A stretch of 64,000 nt of DNA from Eledone cirrhosa (taxonomy: Eukaryota). Position numbers and translations under genes: made by a program. Below, piece after piece: positions 26,537 to 41,437 of the stretch. Every line of letters starts with the position of its first letter. The first letter of the stretch is position 1. The DNA is taken from NCBI GenBank assembly GCA_964016885.1, contig OZ024762.1, positions 12,090,001-12,154,000 on the forward strand, read 5' to 3'. The notes under the pieces were generated by a model. It worked only from the letters and a program-made list of their open reading frames with translations, searched no databases and was not told where the DNA came from.

Positions 26537-26695
26537 CAGAAGGGATATTCAATTTATTGGTTATGTCAAATATTTATAAAACATTTTGTATTTTATCTGA
26601 TGATAGCGTACCGATGTTGTCTTGTACCCTTGAAATATATATAATAGAATAAATATGGTTTTATAAATATAGTTTCCATTTATTTAATATCATTG
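26535..26695 (+). mobile_element. Penelope-like pseudo-LTR remnant
   Basis: Homologous to 9087-9290 and contains a hammerhead. Confidence 0.6.
26589..26651 (+). ncRNA. Type I hammerhead ribozyme in Penelope-like remnant (degenerate stem II)
   Basis: tattttat-CTGATGA-tagcgtac...gtaccctt-GAAA-tatata-TA-atagaata. It has the same downstream flank (aaatatggttttataaatatagtttccattt) as the 9189 copy. Confidence 0.7.
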
Positions 26696-27512
26696 TATAT
26701 ATATATATATAACGAAGGAAATGTGGTAAGGAACCAGATGGACCATAACGCACCAAAGTACTCAATACTTAGGTTAGTAGAGTGGGTAATAGGAACAAGT
26801 ATGACCCCGAGCTCTGCCGTTGGGGTCATACTTGTTCCTATATATATATATTACTGAGAGTTATATGAATATATGTGGCCTAGCGCATCACATGTCCGTA
26901 ACAATGAAGTCATCTCCCCTGCACACCACCTCGGATTCCTCTCTCTCTGTATATCATATATCACATAGAGTTATATGAATATATGTGGCCTTGTGGTTAG
27001 GGTGTTGGACTAACAGCGATCTTAATGTCGTTGGTTCAATTCCTGGACTAGGTAGTGTGTTGTGTTCTTGAGCAAAATGTTATAATTATTTTTACGTTAC
27101 TCCAGTAAACCCAGCTGAAAATTAGTACCACCAGTAGCTGGGGTTAACTGTGATGGACATGTGTCCTTTCTAGAAGGAGTTTTGTTCTTTTAGTCAATTA
27201 ACAGTTAGGAAACCACGGTAAACACCGGCTAGATGAGTTTCTTGGCAATGAGGTCGACTTTAGCATTTTTTTATATACAGGGAGTCCCCTCCTCCCCTCC
27301 CAAAAATGTATACACATTTCAACAACATTCTAATCAATATATGTATACATTTTTGGGGGACATCCTGTGTGTATATATATATATGTGTGTGTGTGTGTGT
27401 GAAAGTGTGAGAGAGAGGCAGAGCTTGGATGAGTTGAAGGAGAAGCTGGGTTTAAAAGGAATTCGAGGTGGTGTGTAGGAGAGAAGATTGTTGGTTTGGA
27501 TATGGGTGGACG

Positions 27513-28310
27513 GAGTGCTTTTCATTGTGACACCAGCACTATCACTTTACAGAGAGGACTGGGTGCTTTTCATTGTGACACCAGCACTATCACTTTACAG
27601 AGAGGACTGGGTGCTTTTCATTGTGACACCAGCACTACCACTTTACAGAGAGGACTGGGTGCTTTTCATTGTGACACCAGCACTATCACTTTACAGAGAG
27701 GACTGGGTGCTTTTCATTGTGACACCAACACTACCACATTACAGAGAGGACTAGGTGCTTTTCATTGTGACACCAGCACTATCACTTTACAGAGAGGACT
27801 GGGTGCTTTTCATTGTGACACCAGCACTACCACTTTACAGGGTGGACTGGTGTGACACCAGCACTACCACTTTACAGAGAGGACTGGGTGCTTTTCATTG
27901 TGACACCAGCACTACCACTTTACAGGGTGGACTGGTGTGACACCAGCACTACCACTTTACAGAGAGGACTGAGTGCTTTTCATTGTGACACCAGCACTAC
28001 TACTTTACAGAGAGGACTGGGTGCTTTTTATTGTGACACCAGCACTACCACTTTACAGAGAGGACTGGGTGCTTTTCATTGTGACACCAGCACTACCACT
28101 TTACAGGGTGGACTGGGTGCTTTTCATTGTGACACCAACACTACCACTTTACAGAGAGGACTGGGTGCTTTTCATTGTGACACCAGCACTACCACTTTAC
28201 AGAGAGGACTAGGTGCTTTTCACTGTGACACCAGCACTACCACTTTACAGAGAGGACTGGGTGCTTTTCATCGTGACTCGAGCACTACCACTTTACAGGG
28301 TGGACTGGGT
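27513..28310. repeat. 48-bp minisatellite derived from a SINE/RTE 3' segment
   Basis: Unit gtgcttttcattgtgacaccagcactaccactttacagagaggactgg. Confidence 0.9.
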
Positions 28311-28443
28311 ATATTCATCCACCAATATATATATACACCCCAAACTCCCAATGGAATTGAAGGGGTGCCATCTTGGTCATTTTACACCTAATAGATCCCA
28401 GAATCTCATGGTTTCAATGTAAACTTCTTAACTTCTCAGTCAT

Positions 28444-28510
<67 letters not shown>

Positions 28511-29239
28511 AGACTGTGTGTGTGAGAGAGAGACTTTGTGTCTACATGTGTGTGTGTGTGAGAGAGACTGTGTGTGTGTATACCTGTGCAAGTGTGTGTG
28601 TGTGAGTGTATTAGTGTGTATATGTTCAACACATATACACCAATAGCTGTCATCTTTTTAAGCCAGAAAATAGTAATGTGAGGCTGGGTTATGACACAAG
28701 CTTGGAACACACACACACATACACCAACACCCTAGCTATCATCTCTTAGTTATGAAATAGCAACATGTAGCCATAGTTATGATATAAAACACACAACACA
28801 CACACAGCTAGTTACCATTTCTAAGTTATGAAATAGCTCATGTAGGAGCAGCGTTTATACCACAAGCCTGGACAAGTCGTGAATAATTCTTGGGTTTCAA
28901 AACTTCTAGAAGTTGTTCTCTCAACATGTGTCCATGTTCTCCAGGGCTTTTTTTTAAACCTTTACCATTTACATTACTCTATATATACTATTGTATTTTC
29001 ACAGTAAAGGCTTTACTTCACATAACATTTACATTACTCTATATATACTATTGTATTTTCACGGTAAAGACTTTACCTCACATAATATCTCACATAACAT
29101 TTACATTACTCTATATATACTATTGTATTTTCACGGTAAAGACTTTACCTCACATAATATCTCACATAACATTTACATTACTCTATATATACAATTGTAT
29201 TTTCACGGTAAAGACTTTACCTCACATAATATCTTACTG

Positions 29240-29519
29240 CTATCAGGACAGAGTTAGCCACCTACCTCAAACCTATAGCAGTGGAGACTTCAGACATTCT
29301 TGGTCACTGTACCACCTCCTGACTGTTATTATGGCAGAGTTGGCCACCAGCAGGAGTGAGCCCCATGAAGTAAACTGGCTTCTTGTTACAGCCATAGCAG
29401 TGGAGATATCTGGTGTTCTTGGTCACCAAACCATTTCCTTACTCACTGGATAAGTTTGGATATATTGGGATATAGTTGACCACCTGCTAGAGTGAGCCCT
29501 GCCAGTTAGAATGGCTATT
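29240..29519 (+). mobile_element. CRE-like (REL-endonuclease) non-LTR retrotransposon C-terminal fragments, locally duplicated
   Basis: PIAVETSDILG.. / ELATSRSEPHEVNWLL / AIAVEISGVLG / EPCQLEWLF resemble the P.AVET.G..G...EPRE..WL.QRLS motif. Confidence 0.55.
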
Positions 29520-29748
29520 TTAACCCTTTAGCATATAAACCGGTCATATCCGGCCAGAATTCTCTCATTTCTTTCTCTTCAAACCAACTGTAACTGGCCG
29601 TTCATACTTATGTTAAGGTATTATTCTCAAAATAAATAATATCAAAATGTCACAGATTCGATATAATGTGAAATAATCAAGTGAGATAAAACCTTTACTG
29701 TGAAGATATGATAGTCTATATAGAGTAATGTAAATGCTAAAGGGTTAA
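29520..29748. mobile_element. piggyBac-type MITE family C, intact (others: 30467-30691, 45669-45886, 50584-50812, 56113-56460, 62883-63087)
   Basis: TTAA-CCCTTTAGCAT...ATGCTAAAGGG-TTAA: TTAA target duplication and CCC/GGG termini. Confidence 0.85.
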
Positions 29749-30249
29749 GAAGAGTTTCTACCTATCTCTCTCTCTCTCTTTGGTAGCACTTTCTCCATTC
29801 TATCTGCTGAGATCACAAGGTAACTTGACCCAAGGTTCTGTACATCAAATAACTGTTTCTACTTTAGGCACAAGGCCAGCAATAACCCAGTGCATTACTG
29901 GTACTTCATTTTATCGACCCCGTAAGGATGAAAGGCAAAGTCAACCTCGGCGGGATTTGAACTCAGATCGTAAAGGGACGTAACTGTGCTGGAAAGCATG
30001 GCGTCCGACTCTCTACCGATACTGCCACATCAAATAACATTCTCTCACACTGTCCAGCCTCATAACACTCGGGTAGCAATGATTGAGAATTCTTTCTCAT
30101 GTTCTCCCAATTCTTTCCCATGGTGTGTGTGTGTGTTTGTGTGTTTATGTGTGTATGCAGATGGTTTTCTGAATTCAGTTGCCTGTGTGAGTGTGTCCGT
30201 GAAATATATACATTTATACACCAGGTCCAAACACAAAAGGAACCAAACT

Positions 30250-30445
30250 CTCACTGTCACTGCTTCTGTCTCTCCTGCCATCCCCACCTCTTGTGAGCAA
30301 ATAGGAGCCTACGAGCTGACTGCCATGCAGCCCTGGTGGAATGGCTGCCTCGCGGTCCCTGTGGACAGACTAGAGAAGGCATTTCCAAAGAGGATGGTGA
30401 GGGAAAAGCACTGGGAGAGCCATTCCAGCTTGCGGGGTTCACACC
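30250..30445 (-). mobile_element. CRE-like non-LTR retrotransposon 3' end fragment
   Basis: EPRKLEWLSQCFSLTILFGNAFSSLST resembles the terminal WLFQRLSLAI.RGNA motif. Confidence 0.55.
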
Positions 30446-31549
30446 TGCATTTTTCAATTTTGTGTATTAACCCTTTAGCATTTAAACCAGCCAAATCCGT
30501 CCAGAATTCTCTCACCTCTTTCTGTTCAAATTGGCTGTAACCAGTCACTCATACTGATGTAAAGGTATTGTTCTAAAAATAAATGATATCAAAATCTCAC
30601 AGATTCGATATGTGAGATATTATGTGAGATAAAGTGTTTACCATAAAAATACAATAGTATATATAGAGTAATGTAAATGGTAAAGGGTTAAATTATTAGA
30701 ATGAATGGAGAAAAAGTGAATGAATAACCTCACATGAATCCAACTAAACCTAGCTGTGAGCTGTAGATTTAATATTTTTTGTTACTGTACAGGGTGGTGG
30801 TGGTGGTAGATAAATTTGAGTACCTAAAAAACTGACCTACCTATAATTAATAGAGATAATACACCCTGGGTGCAGTGGGAAAGGTTTTTTGGGGGTTTAT
30901 TATGAAATAACAGAAAGTCTCAACTTTCAACCTCATACATTCAGTAAATACCTCTTCACCCAGTTTCTTCATTTTAGATTCTGTTTTCGGTTATTTGCAA
31001 GTTAACCTAGTAGGGGTCCAACTAAACCTACATAGCTGTGAGTTGTAAATTTAATTTTTCTTCTTCTCTGTTCAGTATGTGTGTGTGTGTGGGGGGGGGG
31101 GGGTGTAAATTAGAGTACCTGAAAAAACTGACCTACCTATCTCGTCAACAAAGAAAATACTTCCTGGGTGCTGTCAGTATTTTTCTGAGTGGGAAAGGGT
31201 TTTTGGGGGTTTATCATGAAATAACTGAAATGGTGAAGTTCTGGAGTTAAGAGGTTAAAATAAACCCATATTTGAACCTTATCTGAGTCTAACGTTTTCT
31301 AGGGTCATCTTTAGGGAGTTAAGAAGAGGTTATAATAAACCCATAACAATATCGTATTTGGCAGTATCAGTAGAGGATCCGACACCATGCTTTGACTCAT
31401 AGAGTTACGACCCTTGCCATTCTGAGTTCAAATCCCGCCAAGGTTAACTTTGCCTTTCATCCTTACGGGGTCGATAAAATAAAGTACCAGTAATGTACTG
31501 TGTAATTGGTGGCCTTGTGTCAAAAGTAGAAACAATTATTATATAGCAA

Positions 31550-32300
31550 CCCTACAAAAGGTGTTTTCCCCTCTTTCCGCTCTCCTCTCTCTCTATATAT
31601 ATACGAAAGTTCGAATTCATTATGAAATGAACAGATTTCATGACGGTTTTTAAGCGGGTCTTGAGTGAGAGAGATAGAGAGAGAGGGGGAGAGAGAGAGA
31701 GTGTGTGTGTGTAAATAGAAAGAAGTGTTATATGTGTGTGTTCATGGTGTACCCGTTTATAGTGAGGTAAAGTTCTACTTGTGGGGTGGTTTCTGTAGTA
31801 CAGTGTACTGTGCTTGAAACGGCGGGTGAGGGCGACTACCACCACTACTACTAATAATAATAATAATAAATAAATAAACTGACCGTACGTACACGTGTGT
31901 GAATGTGTATGTAGATGTATGTGTGTGACCAAGAATGTTTTCTCTCTCTCTCTCTTACTCACACACACAATTTCACCAGCAGTAGAGCTCATACATATAC
32001 ACACACACTGAACAAGAGAAGGAGAGAGAGAGAGAGACACCATGTTTGACCCAATTTCTGGTTTATACTTCGTTCTAGTAGTGTGGTGAATATGTGTGTA
32101 TTTAGTGGTATTGTTGGTGAGTTTAGTTTAGTTTTTTAGATCGACACTTTATGGAATTTGCTGCTTGCGCAGGTCAGTAATTATCTGCTAAATTCTCTAA
32201 AAACACACGTTATTTTTTCCGTCCTTAAAGGAAAGTTTTTTTTTATTTTCATTTAACAATTTATTGTAAAGTCGGTGCGTGCTCCTTGTCTTACTCTCTC
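31550..32300. promoter_or_regulatory. CpG-enriched unique region, possible promoter/first exon with + strand donors at 32117 (GTGAGT) and 32173 (CAG|GTCAGT)
   Basis: Local CpG retention in an otherwise CpG-poor window and two consensus-like 5' splice sites. Confidence 0.3.
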
Positions 32301-32370
32301 CTTGTTTGGTTTTGAACGTTCTGTAGGGTTTTAAATTCACTGTTGCCGCATATATATATACAAACAGATC

Positions 32371-32402
<32 letters not shown>

Positions 32403-32738
32403 CACACACACCAGAGAGAATCTGTTATATATACACACACACACACACCAGAGAGAATCTGTTATATATATATATATGTATGTGAGAGAGAGCCTGTTAA
32501 TTGTATGTGAAAGTGTGTAATATATATGCTGTGTATATTCATATGGAGTTCAAAATATTGTTGCCATATGTGTGAAAAATATGGTGTGTGTGTGTGTGTG
32601 TAACATGTAAATATATGTGTGTATGTGAAAGAAAGAAAGCATGTGTGCGTGTGTGAAATAAGATTTGTGAGCTGTGAATGAGAGACTTGTCTATGAGTAA
32701 GTAATGTTGATTTGAAATTCACCGTTGCCGTATGTAGG

Positions 32739-32784
<46 letters not shown>

Positions 32785-32870
32785 TCACACATTCTCATAT
32801 ATTTGTTACTTGTGTATTAACGATCGTTGGTATATGGTTTGAAATTCACCGTTGCTGTGTGTGCTATGTA

Positions 32871-32904
<34 letters not shown>

Positions 32905-33154
32905 CATACATATAATGTGTGTGTGTATGGTATATATATATTTATATAATGTGTGTGTGTATTGTGTGTATATATATATATATTTATAGCAATGTCTGTA
33001 GATGTGTTAAAGGAAAACAGTGCTCGATTGGGAAGAGAGAAGAAATATATTATTTATCTATGTTCAGACAGGAAACAAAGGCTCTAACCAACATTTCAAG
33101 GTCCAAATTTGACTAATATCTCCAGAAAACAAGAGGTATCAAAATAGGCGCTTG

Positions 33155-33301
<147 letters not shown>

Positions 33302-33391
33302 CTCTATATATATATGTGTGTGTGTGTGTATGTATGCCTTGTGAATTAGTGATCGGTATATGGTTTAAAACTCACTGTTGCCATGTGAGTG

Positions 33392-33422
<31 letters not shown>

Positions 33423-33633
33423 GTGTGTGTGTTTGTGCGTGTGACACTGTCGAGACCTCGCATCAACATCCAACAGCACTATCACCTACATCACCACCAC
33501 TTACTATTACTACTACATATATATATATATATGTCCTCTCCTTCCTTTATAATCACCATCCATGCACAACTTTCTCAAATTTCTGCCATTTTTCACAGAT
33601 GTATCCTTACTATATATGTATAATCATATATAT

Positions 33634-33694
<61 letters not shown>

Positions 33695-34031
33695 TATATA
33701 TATAATCATATACACACACACATATATATATAATCATATCCACACACAGATATATATATATATATAATCATACACACACACAAATATATAATCATACACA
33801 CATATATATATATCATAGAACATCAGGAATGTCAGATAATGTTGGTCAGTTTTAGTATTTATATTATCTCTCTTTCTATATATATATATACACTCACACA
33901 GATATATATACACCCACACACACACATATATATATACATATATATACACACACAAGCAGTCTTGTCTGATGACCCTGAGTACACCAGTAAAAACTTCTGT
34001 GTAATACAATTCAAACTTAGCCTTAAAGAGA

Positions 34032-34094
<63 letters not shown>

Positions 34095-36099
34095 TACATA
34101 CATATATACATATGGATATATATATATATATACATATATACATAGATATATATAATTTTCTAAAGCTTTGCTATGTGAGTGTTTGTATTTAAAATCAAGT
34201 TTCATGACTATATAGACATGTATATATGTGTGTATATATATAGACACAGTATATATATTATATAGAATGGCAGTAGAGAGAGGACATTTAGCTGTCTGTT
34301 GGTTCACTGCTGTGTCTCCATGGAACCGGCGTGACACTCAGTCCCCCTTTCTTTCTTTCTCTCTTTGTCCACCAGCCAACTTGGTAAAAACTGACACCAT
34401 CATCATCATCATCACTGCCATTAACATCTCTTTCCTTCTCTCTACTCTGTCCTTCTACTTTCTCATCTCTCTCTTTCTCTGTCCCTTTCTTTCACGCGCT
34501 CTCTCTTTCTTTCCTTCAACCTTCTCCCGTCTTTTCCATCTCCCCCTCTCTCTCTCTACTACACTTCATCATTTGCTCTCTCCCTTACTCTTTCACCTTT
34601 TCCTCTCACTCTCACTCTTCCACCTTTTCATCTCTCTTTCTCTCCTTCACTCGTCAACCTTTTCATCTTACTCTCTCTCTCTCTCTTTCCTTTAACCTTC
34701 ATATATCTATCTTTTTTTATTCCCCTTCTCTTTTTTCTCCTCGCCCTCTTTTCTTCCTTATATTCCATCTTCCGCTCTCCTTCCCCTTCAATCTGGTCTT
34801 GGTCTCTCTCTCTCTCTCCCCTTAAGTCTTGTCTTACTCTCTCTCTCTCTCCTTTAGTCTTGTCTTACTCTCTCTCCCTTTCAGTCTTCTCTTTTCTTCT
34901 CCCACCCCTCTCTCCTTCAGTCTTCTTCTCTCTCTCTCTCCATTAGTTCTCTATGTCAATAAGTGTGTAGTCATACTATATTTGGTGGATTTCTTCCTTA
35001 CTACTACTACTACTACTACTATTGCTACTGTTACTGCTGTGGTGACTGACTACTACCACTTCCCTTGATTGTTGTAGTAGTAGTGTTAGCTGCATGGTGG
35101 CACTGTTTCTACTACTACTAACAGTCTGGTGCCACTACTACTACTGCAACAACAACCACTACCACTGTCTTTACTCTACAATCACCACTACTACTACTAC
35201 CACTATCTTTACTCTACAATCACCACTACTACTACTGCTATCTTCACTCTACAAACACCAACACCACTACTACCTTTACTGCAACTACTTCTACCACCAC
35301 CTCTACTGCAACAACAACAACCACTATTTACTACTGCAACTACTACTACTACTGGCTACTCATTCACACAAACACATTTTACTGATGCACACACTCTTTC
35401 TATCACCCTCACTCAATCACCACACACACTCTCTTAACTACACATTCACACAACACTGCACTTATTCTAATACACACACCCATACATACATATATATATA
35501 TATATATACACACTATCTTTTACATACACATATACACACTGATGACCTAGCCACTGCGCCTACTTCTTTGAATGTGTGTCTTTGTATCTGAATGTGTGTG
35601 TCTGTATGAGTGTATGTATGTATGTCTGAATGAATATGCGTGTGCCTGTTTCTATGTCTATGAGTGAATGTGTGTGAGTCTGTTTCTATGAGTATGTGTG
35701 TGTGTGTCTGTTTCTATGAGTGTATGTGTGTGTGTGTCCGTTTCTATGAGTATGTGTATGTGCCTGTTTCTATGAGTATGTGTGTGTGTCTGTTTCTATG
35801 AGTATGTGTGTGTGTCTGTTTCTATGAGTGTATGTGTGTGTGTCTGTTTCTATGAGTATGTGTGTGTGTCTGTTTCTATGAGTGTATGTGTGTGTGTCTG
35901 TTTCTATGAGTGTATGTGTGTGTGTCTGTTTCTATGAGTGTATATGTGTTTGTCTTGAACAACTTGTCAAGGAAGTTCGCGCGCTCAGTCGTTCAATTCA
36001 CGATATTTATAATATTTACTTATTTCTCTCTCTCTCAATTATTTAGTTTAGTTCAGACTACTGATGTCTCTTTCCCTGATTTCATGCACATACACACAA

Positions 36100-36161
<62 letters not shown>

Positions 36162-36253
36162 TATACACACACACTCGCACACCTTTTGTGTATTAGCCAT
36201 ACATGATGTAGTGCAAAAGATAAATGTAGGAAGGGAAGATTAGTCTCGTGTGC

Positions 36254-36297
<44 letters not shown>

Positions 36298-36446
36298 CCA
36301 TAATACATAACACGCACTCACGTATATATATATATACACACCTATTCATACTACACCGTCTTCATATTCTTAAATAAGCATCTAAAAGGTACACCTCTGT
36401 CTTAACACCGTCTTAGAGCTAGTACAGCTTCTAAATGGGAGTGCAC

Positions 36447-36478
<32 letters not shown>

Positions 36479-36739
36479 GCGCATACATTATTGGAGAGCA
36501 TACACATATAGGGGTGCATGTGAAGGCATATATATACATACATACATGCTGTCTCAGAGAAAGGGGAAAATAAAATAAAATTATAAATTGAATAATATAT
36601 TTTTTAATGACATAAGTTTAGGTAATTGGGAGAAAGTCTTCTCACGGTAGTTCAAGTGAATAATAGTAATTTCTTTTATATTTCTAATTCACCATATTGT
36701 TTTAACACTCTCATCTTCATTCTCATCTTAGTTTCCACT

Positions 36740-37405
36740 CTCTCCCATCTTCACTTTCCTCTCTCATCTTCTCCACTCTCCTCTCCCTTTCATCTTCTCC
36801 ACTTTCCTCTCTCTCCCATCTTCACTTTCCTCTCCCTTTCATCTTCTCCACTCTCTTCTCTCTCTCATCTTCTCCACTTTCCTCTCTCTCTCATCTTCTC
36901 CACTTTCCTCTCTCTCTCATCTTCTCCACTTTCCTCTCTATCTCATCTTCTCCACTTTCCTCTCTCTCTCATCTTCTCCACTTTCCTCTCTCTCCCATCT
37001 TCACTTTCCTCTCCCTTTCATCTTCTCCACTCTCTTCTCTCTCTCATCTTCTCCACTTTCCTCTCTCTCTCTCATCTTCTCCACTTTCCTCTCTCTCTCA
37101 TCTTCTCCACTTTCCTCTCTATCTCATCTTCTCCACTTTCCTCTCTCTCTCATCTTCTCCACTTTCCTCTCTCTCCCATCTTCACTTTCCTCTCCCTTTC
37201 ATCTTCTCCACTCTCTTCTCTCTCTCATCTTCTCCACTTTCCTCTCTCTCTCATCTTCTCCACTTTCCTCTCTCTCTCATCTCCACTTTCCCCTCTCTCT
37301 CTCATCTTCTCCACTTTCCTCTCTCTCTCTCATCTTCTCCACTCCCCTCTCTCTCTCACGTTCTCCACTCTCTTCCCTCTCTCACACCTTCTCCACTCTC
37401 TCTCT
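36740..37405. repeat. Polypyrimidine minisatellite (catcttctccactttcctctctct)
   Basis: Tandem units. Similar simple/complex arrays occur at 10058-10670, 22105-22390, 22935-23182, 35640-35945, 41590-42145, 60560-61290 and 61430-61820. Confidence 0.85.
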
Positions 37406-39739
37406 TTCGTTGTTGTTGCTTAAAACTGATGAACGTCCACATTCCATTGACATTTCATTGAGTGCACAGTGCATTCTCAACCATCATCATCATCATCGTC
37501 GTCGTCATGGTTGCTTCGCCTTCGTCAGCATCATCACCATTAGTTGCACCATCATCACTACCACCACCTTCACCACCATATTCATCAACACCATCATCGC
37601 TACCTCCTCTTCCACCACCACACCACACCACCATCATCATCACTACACCCCGCTCCCCCCACTATCGTCATCATCACCATTATCACTATTTCCACCACCA
37701 CCACCATCACTACAAATACGACCTTCACCACCACCACCACCACCATCACCATCAGTAGCACAATTTCTTGTTTTGAAGTCTTGCTTTATGTCTGCTACAT
37801 TTGTCATTAGTGATGATGATGACGTTAATTAATGCTAATGATAATGATGTTGACAATAATTATAATGAAGCTACTGTCTTTCTCCCTTTGTTAGACATTC
37901 CGGCACCCAACTTCTATCTTCAATCAAAGACATTCTCTCTCTTTCTCTCCCTCATTAATTTTTTTCCCGCTCAGATTTTAATGGAGGGAGGAAGAAAGGT
38001 TCTTCTCGTTCCATTTATTTTCATTCATTTATTTATTATTATAAATTGGCAGTAATCGGTGGAGCGTCGGACCCAATGGCTTGCGGCGTTTAGTTACGTG
38101 TGAATAACGCTCTGAGTTCAAATCTCGCCGTAGTCAACATTAAATATAAGCTATCATCCTTCTGGGGTCGATAAAATAATACTAAAGTACTGTTAAAGTA
38201 CTTAAGGGGTTTCGTTAAATCAACTCTGCCCTTCCCCTAAATTTGCTGACTGTGTGCCTAAATTAGAAATCTGATTACTACTACTACTACTACTACTACT
38301 ATTTAGGGTGATAGATCAACATAACTAACACCGTTTTGAGTTCAAACCCTAAACGAGTTAAACTTTACCTTTACATTTCATCCCATACACATAGGTACAA
38401 GTCATGACTACGTGGTTAGGGGTTCGGTCCCACTGCGCGGCCCCTCGAGCCAGTGTTGGATTTAGGACAAATGAGACCCGAAACACTTGAAAAATTCACC
38501 GTAAAAAAACCTTTTGGCAGGAAGATAACGGCTAGATCCTGGCTAACGGGGCCCTGTGTTTTAGCACACCTAAGCACAATGGTAAATCTGGTCTGTCTTC
38601 TATAATGGCTTCGGGTTGACCAAACATAACACCGTGGAATTTGGTAGACTGAGATTGCTGTCTGGTCTCTGTCTGTGTTTACGTCTGTGGTTTATTTCAC
38701 CCTAACTTTGAATTGAAAACAATAAGTATAGGGATCGATGTGATCAACTAATTCAATGTTGTGCCCAAGCCTCGCCTCAATATAAATAAAAGTATGTGTG
38801 TGTGTGTGAGTGTGTATACACGCACACTTTCCTCCACTTGTTTGTTCGCAAGTCTATCGTTACACACACAAGACACCATACATCAAAATCTGCCAGTTAC
38901 TCTGTATCTTCTCATCTCTTTATTTTGACCACTCTAAATACCACCTATCTCTCTCTCTGTCTCTATCACTCACACTCTCTCTATCACTCACTCTCTGTCT
39001 CTGTCACTCACTCTCTCTCTATCACTCACTCTCTCTCTCACTCACTCTCTGTCTCTGTCACTCACTCACTCTCTCTGTCTCTCTATCACTCACTCTCTCT
39101 CCCTCTATCACTCACTCTCTCTCTCCCTCTCTATCACTCACACTCTCTCTCTCTACTACTACTCTTTCTCTGTCTCTCTACCACTCTTTCTCTCTCTCTC
39201 TCTATCCTTCTCTACTACTCTCTCTCTCTATCACTCTCCCAATTACCCCCCCCCCCCCAATTTAACCCCAACTACTTTGGTTAATCAGCAACAATTCTTA
39301 AACATCCAACTTGTAAGGCCGTGTAATTAATATTGCCCTATGTTGCTGTATATACACACAGTTATACACACACACACATACATATATATATACTCACATA
39401 CATACACATAGACATAAATATATACACATAGACATATATATACTTACACACATACACACATATATATATATACTCACACACACATCCATACACAGACACA
39501 TATATATACACATACACATACACATAGACATATATACACTCACACACACCCCAAACATATATACTCACACACACATCCATACACAGACACAGACACACAA
39601 AATGTCTGAAGATGAAATAATATATTTGTGTCATAATTTTTCTGTCATCTCAACATCTTGTTTCTTTTCTTCTGTATTCCTCTCTGTTATGGCTGCCATG
39701 TTGACAATCCCGTCCCCACCACCAACACCTCCTCCTGCC

Positions 39740-40615
39740 ACCGCCATCACCATTGTGACCACCACCACCACCACCAGCACCTCCCCCACTGTCACAGTTG
39801 TGACCAACACCACCATACCACATCCAACACCTCTCCCACTGCCACCACTACCACCAACACCTCCCCCACTGTCACCACCATCACTATTGTGACCAACACC
39901 TCCACCAGCACCTCCCCCACTGTCACAGTTATGACCAACACCACCATACCACATCCAACATCTCTCCCACTACCACCAACACCTCCCCCACTGTCACCAC
40001 CATCACCATTGTGACCAACACCACCATACCACCACCAACACCTCCACCAGCACCTCCCCCACTGTCACAGTTGTGACCAACACCACCATACCACATCCAA
40101 CACCTCCCCCACTGTCACCACTACCACCAACACCTCCCCCACTGTCACCACTACCACCAACACCTCCCCCACTGTCACCACTACCACCAACACCTCCCCC
40201 ACTGTCACCACTACCACCAACACCTCCCCCACTGTCACCACCATCACTATTGTGACCAACACCACCATACCACCACACCACCACCACCAGCACCTCCCCC
40301 ACTGTCACAGTTGTGACCAACACCACCATACCACATCCAACACCTCCCCCACTGTCACCACTACCACCAACACCTCCCCCACTGTCACCACTACCACCAA
40401 CACCTCCCCCACTGTCACCACCATCACTATTGTGACCAACACCACCATACCACCACACCACCACCAACACCTCCACCAGCACCTCCCCCACTGTCACAGT
40501 TGTGACCAACACCACCATACCACATCCAACACCTCCCCCACTGTCACAGTTGTGACCAACACCACCATACCACATCCAACACCTCCCCCACTGTCACCAC
40601 TACCACTACCACCCC
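39740..40615. repeat. C/A-rich complex minisatellite (30-bp core ccaacacctcccccactgtcaccactacca)
   Basis: Tandem units read directly. Confidence 0.85.
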
Positions 40616-41406
40616 CTCACTCAGTGTCCAGTTAGATGGTAAGTCTTTCTTCCCAGTAGCCAGTCCAATTTGATGGTCTGTCTTCCCAGTAACCAATGTC
40701 CAGTTGGTCAGTCTCCCCAGTGACCAGTGTCCAGTCTCTGTTGAACAGATGTAAAACTCTTACAAGGTAGTTTATCTTCCCTGTGTTGTACCGTCAAGAT
40801 TGGTGATAGCATTGTAGTGGAGAACAGCCAGCAACACCTGCTGCACCAGCCTCTTTACCTCCATACCCCTCACTAGATGGTATATCTAACCACTCCACCA
40901 ACCAACCAACCAACCACTCCACCAACCAACCAACCAACCAACCAACCAACCATCCACCATCCAACCCCTGCCCCAACCAACCATCCACCATCCAACCCCC
41001 TCCCTCAACCAACCATCCACTATCCAACCCCCTCCCCCAACCAACCATCCACCAACCAACCATCCACCATCCAACCACTCCACCAAAGAAACAACAAAGA
41101 TCAGCCATGCCTTTATTTCTGTATTCAAACTTCACTGGTTCAGTGTGTGTATGTGTGTATGTTTATATATGTGGAGATGTGTGTGTGTATGTGTGTGTAC
41201 ACCTCTCAGCTACTCTCTATCTCTCTCCCTATCCACTCTGTCTCTATCTTACCAAATTGACCCCCCCCCCTCCTCTAAATCTCAGAAGCAGGGCTTCACT
41301 TGTTATCTCTGCCTTTCAGCTATCTCTCCTCTCTCTCTCTGCCTTTCAGCTCTCTCTTTCTCTCTCTGCCTTTCAGCTCTCTCTTTCTCTCTCTGCCTTT
41401 CAGCTA

Positions 41407-41437
<31 letters not shown>

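Noticed and set aside
33960-34010. CTGATGA hammerhead-like core
   Set aside because: The GAAA box is absent (AAAAA instead) and the stems are poor. At best a dead remnant.
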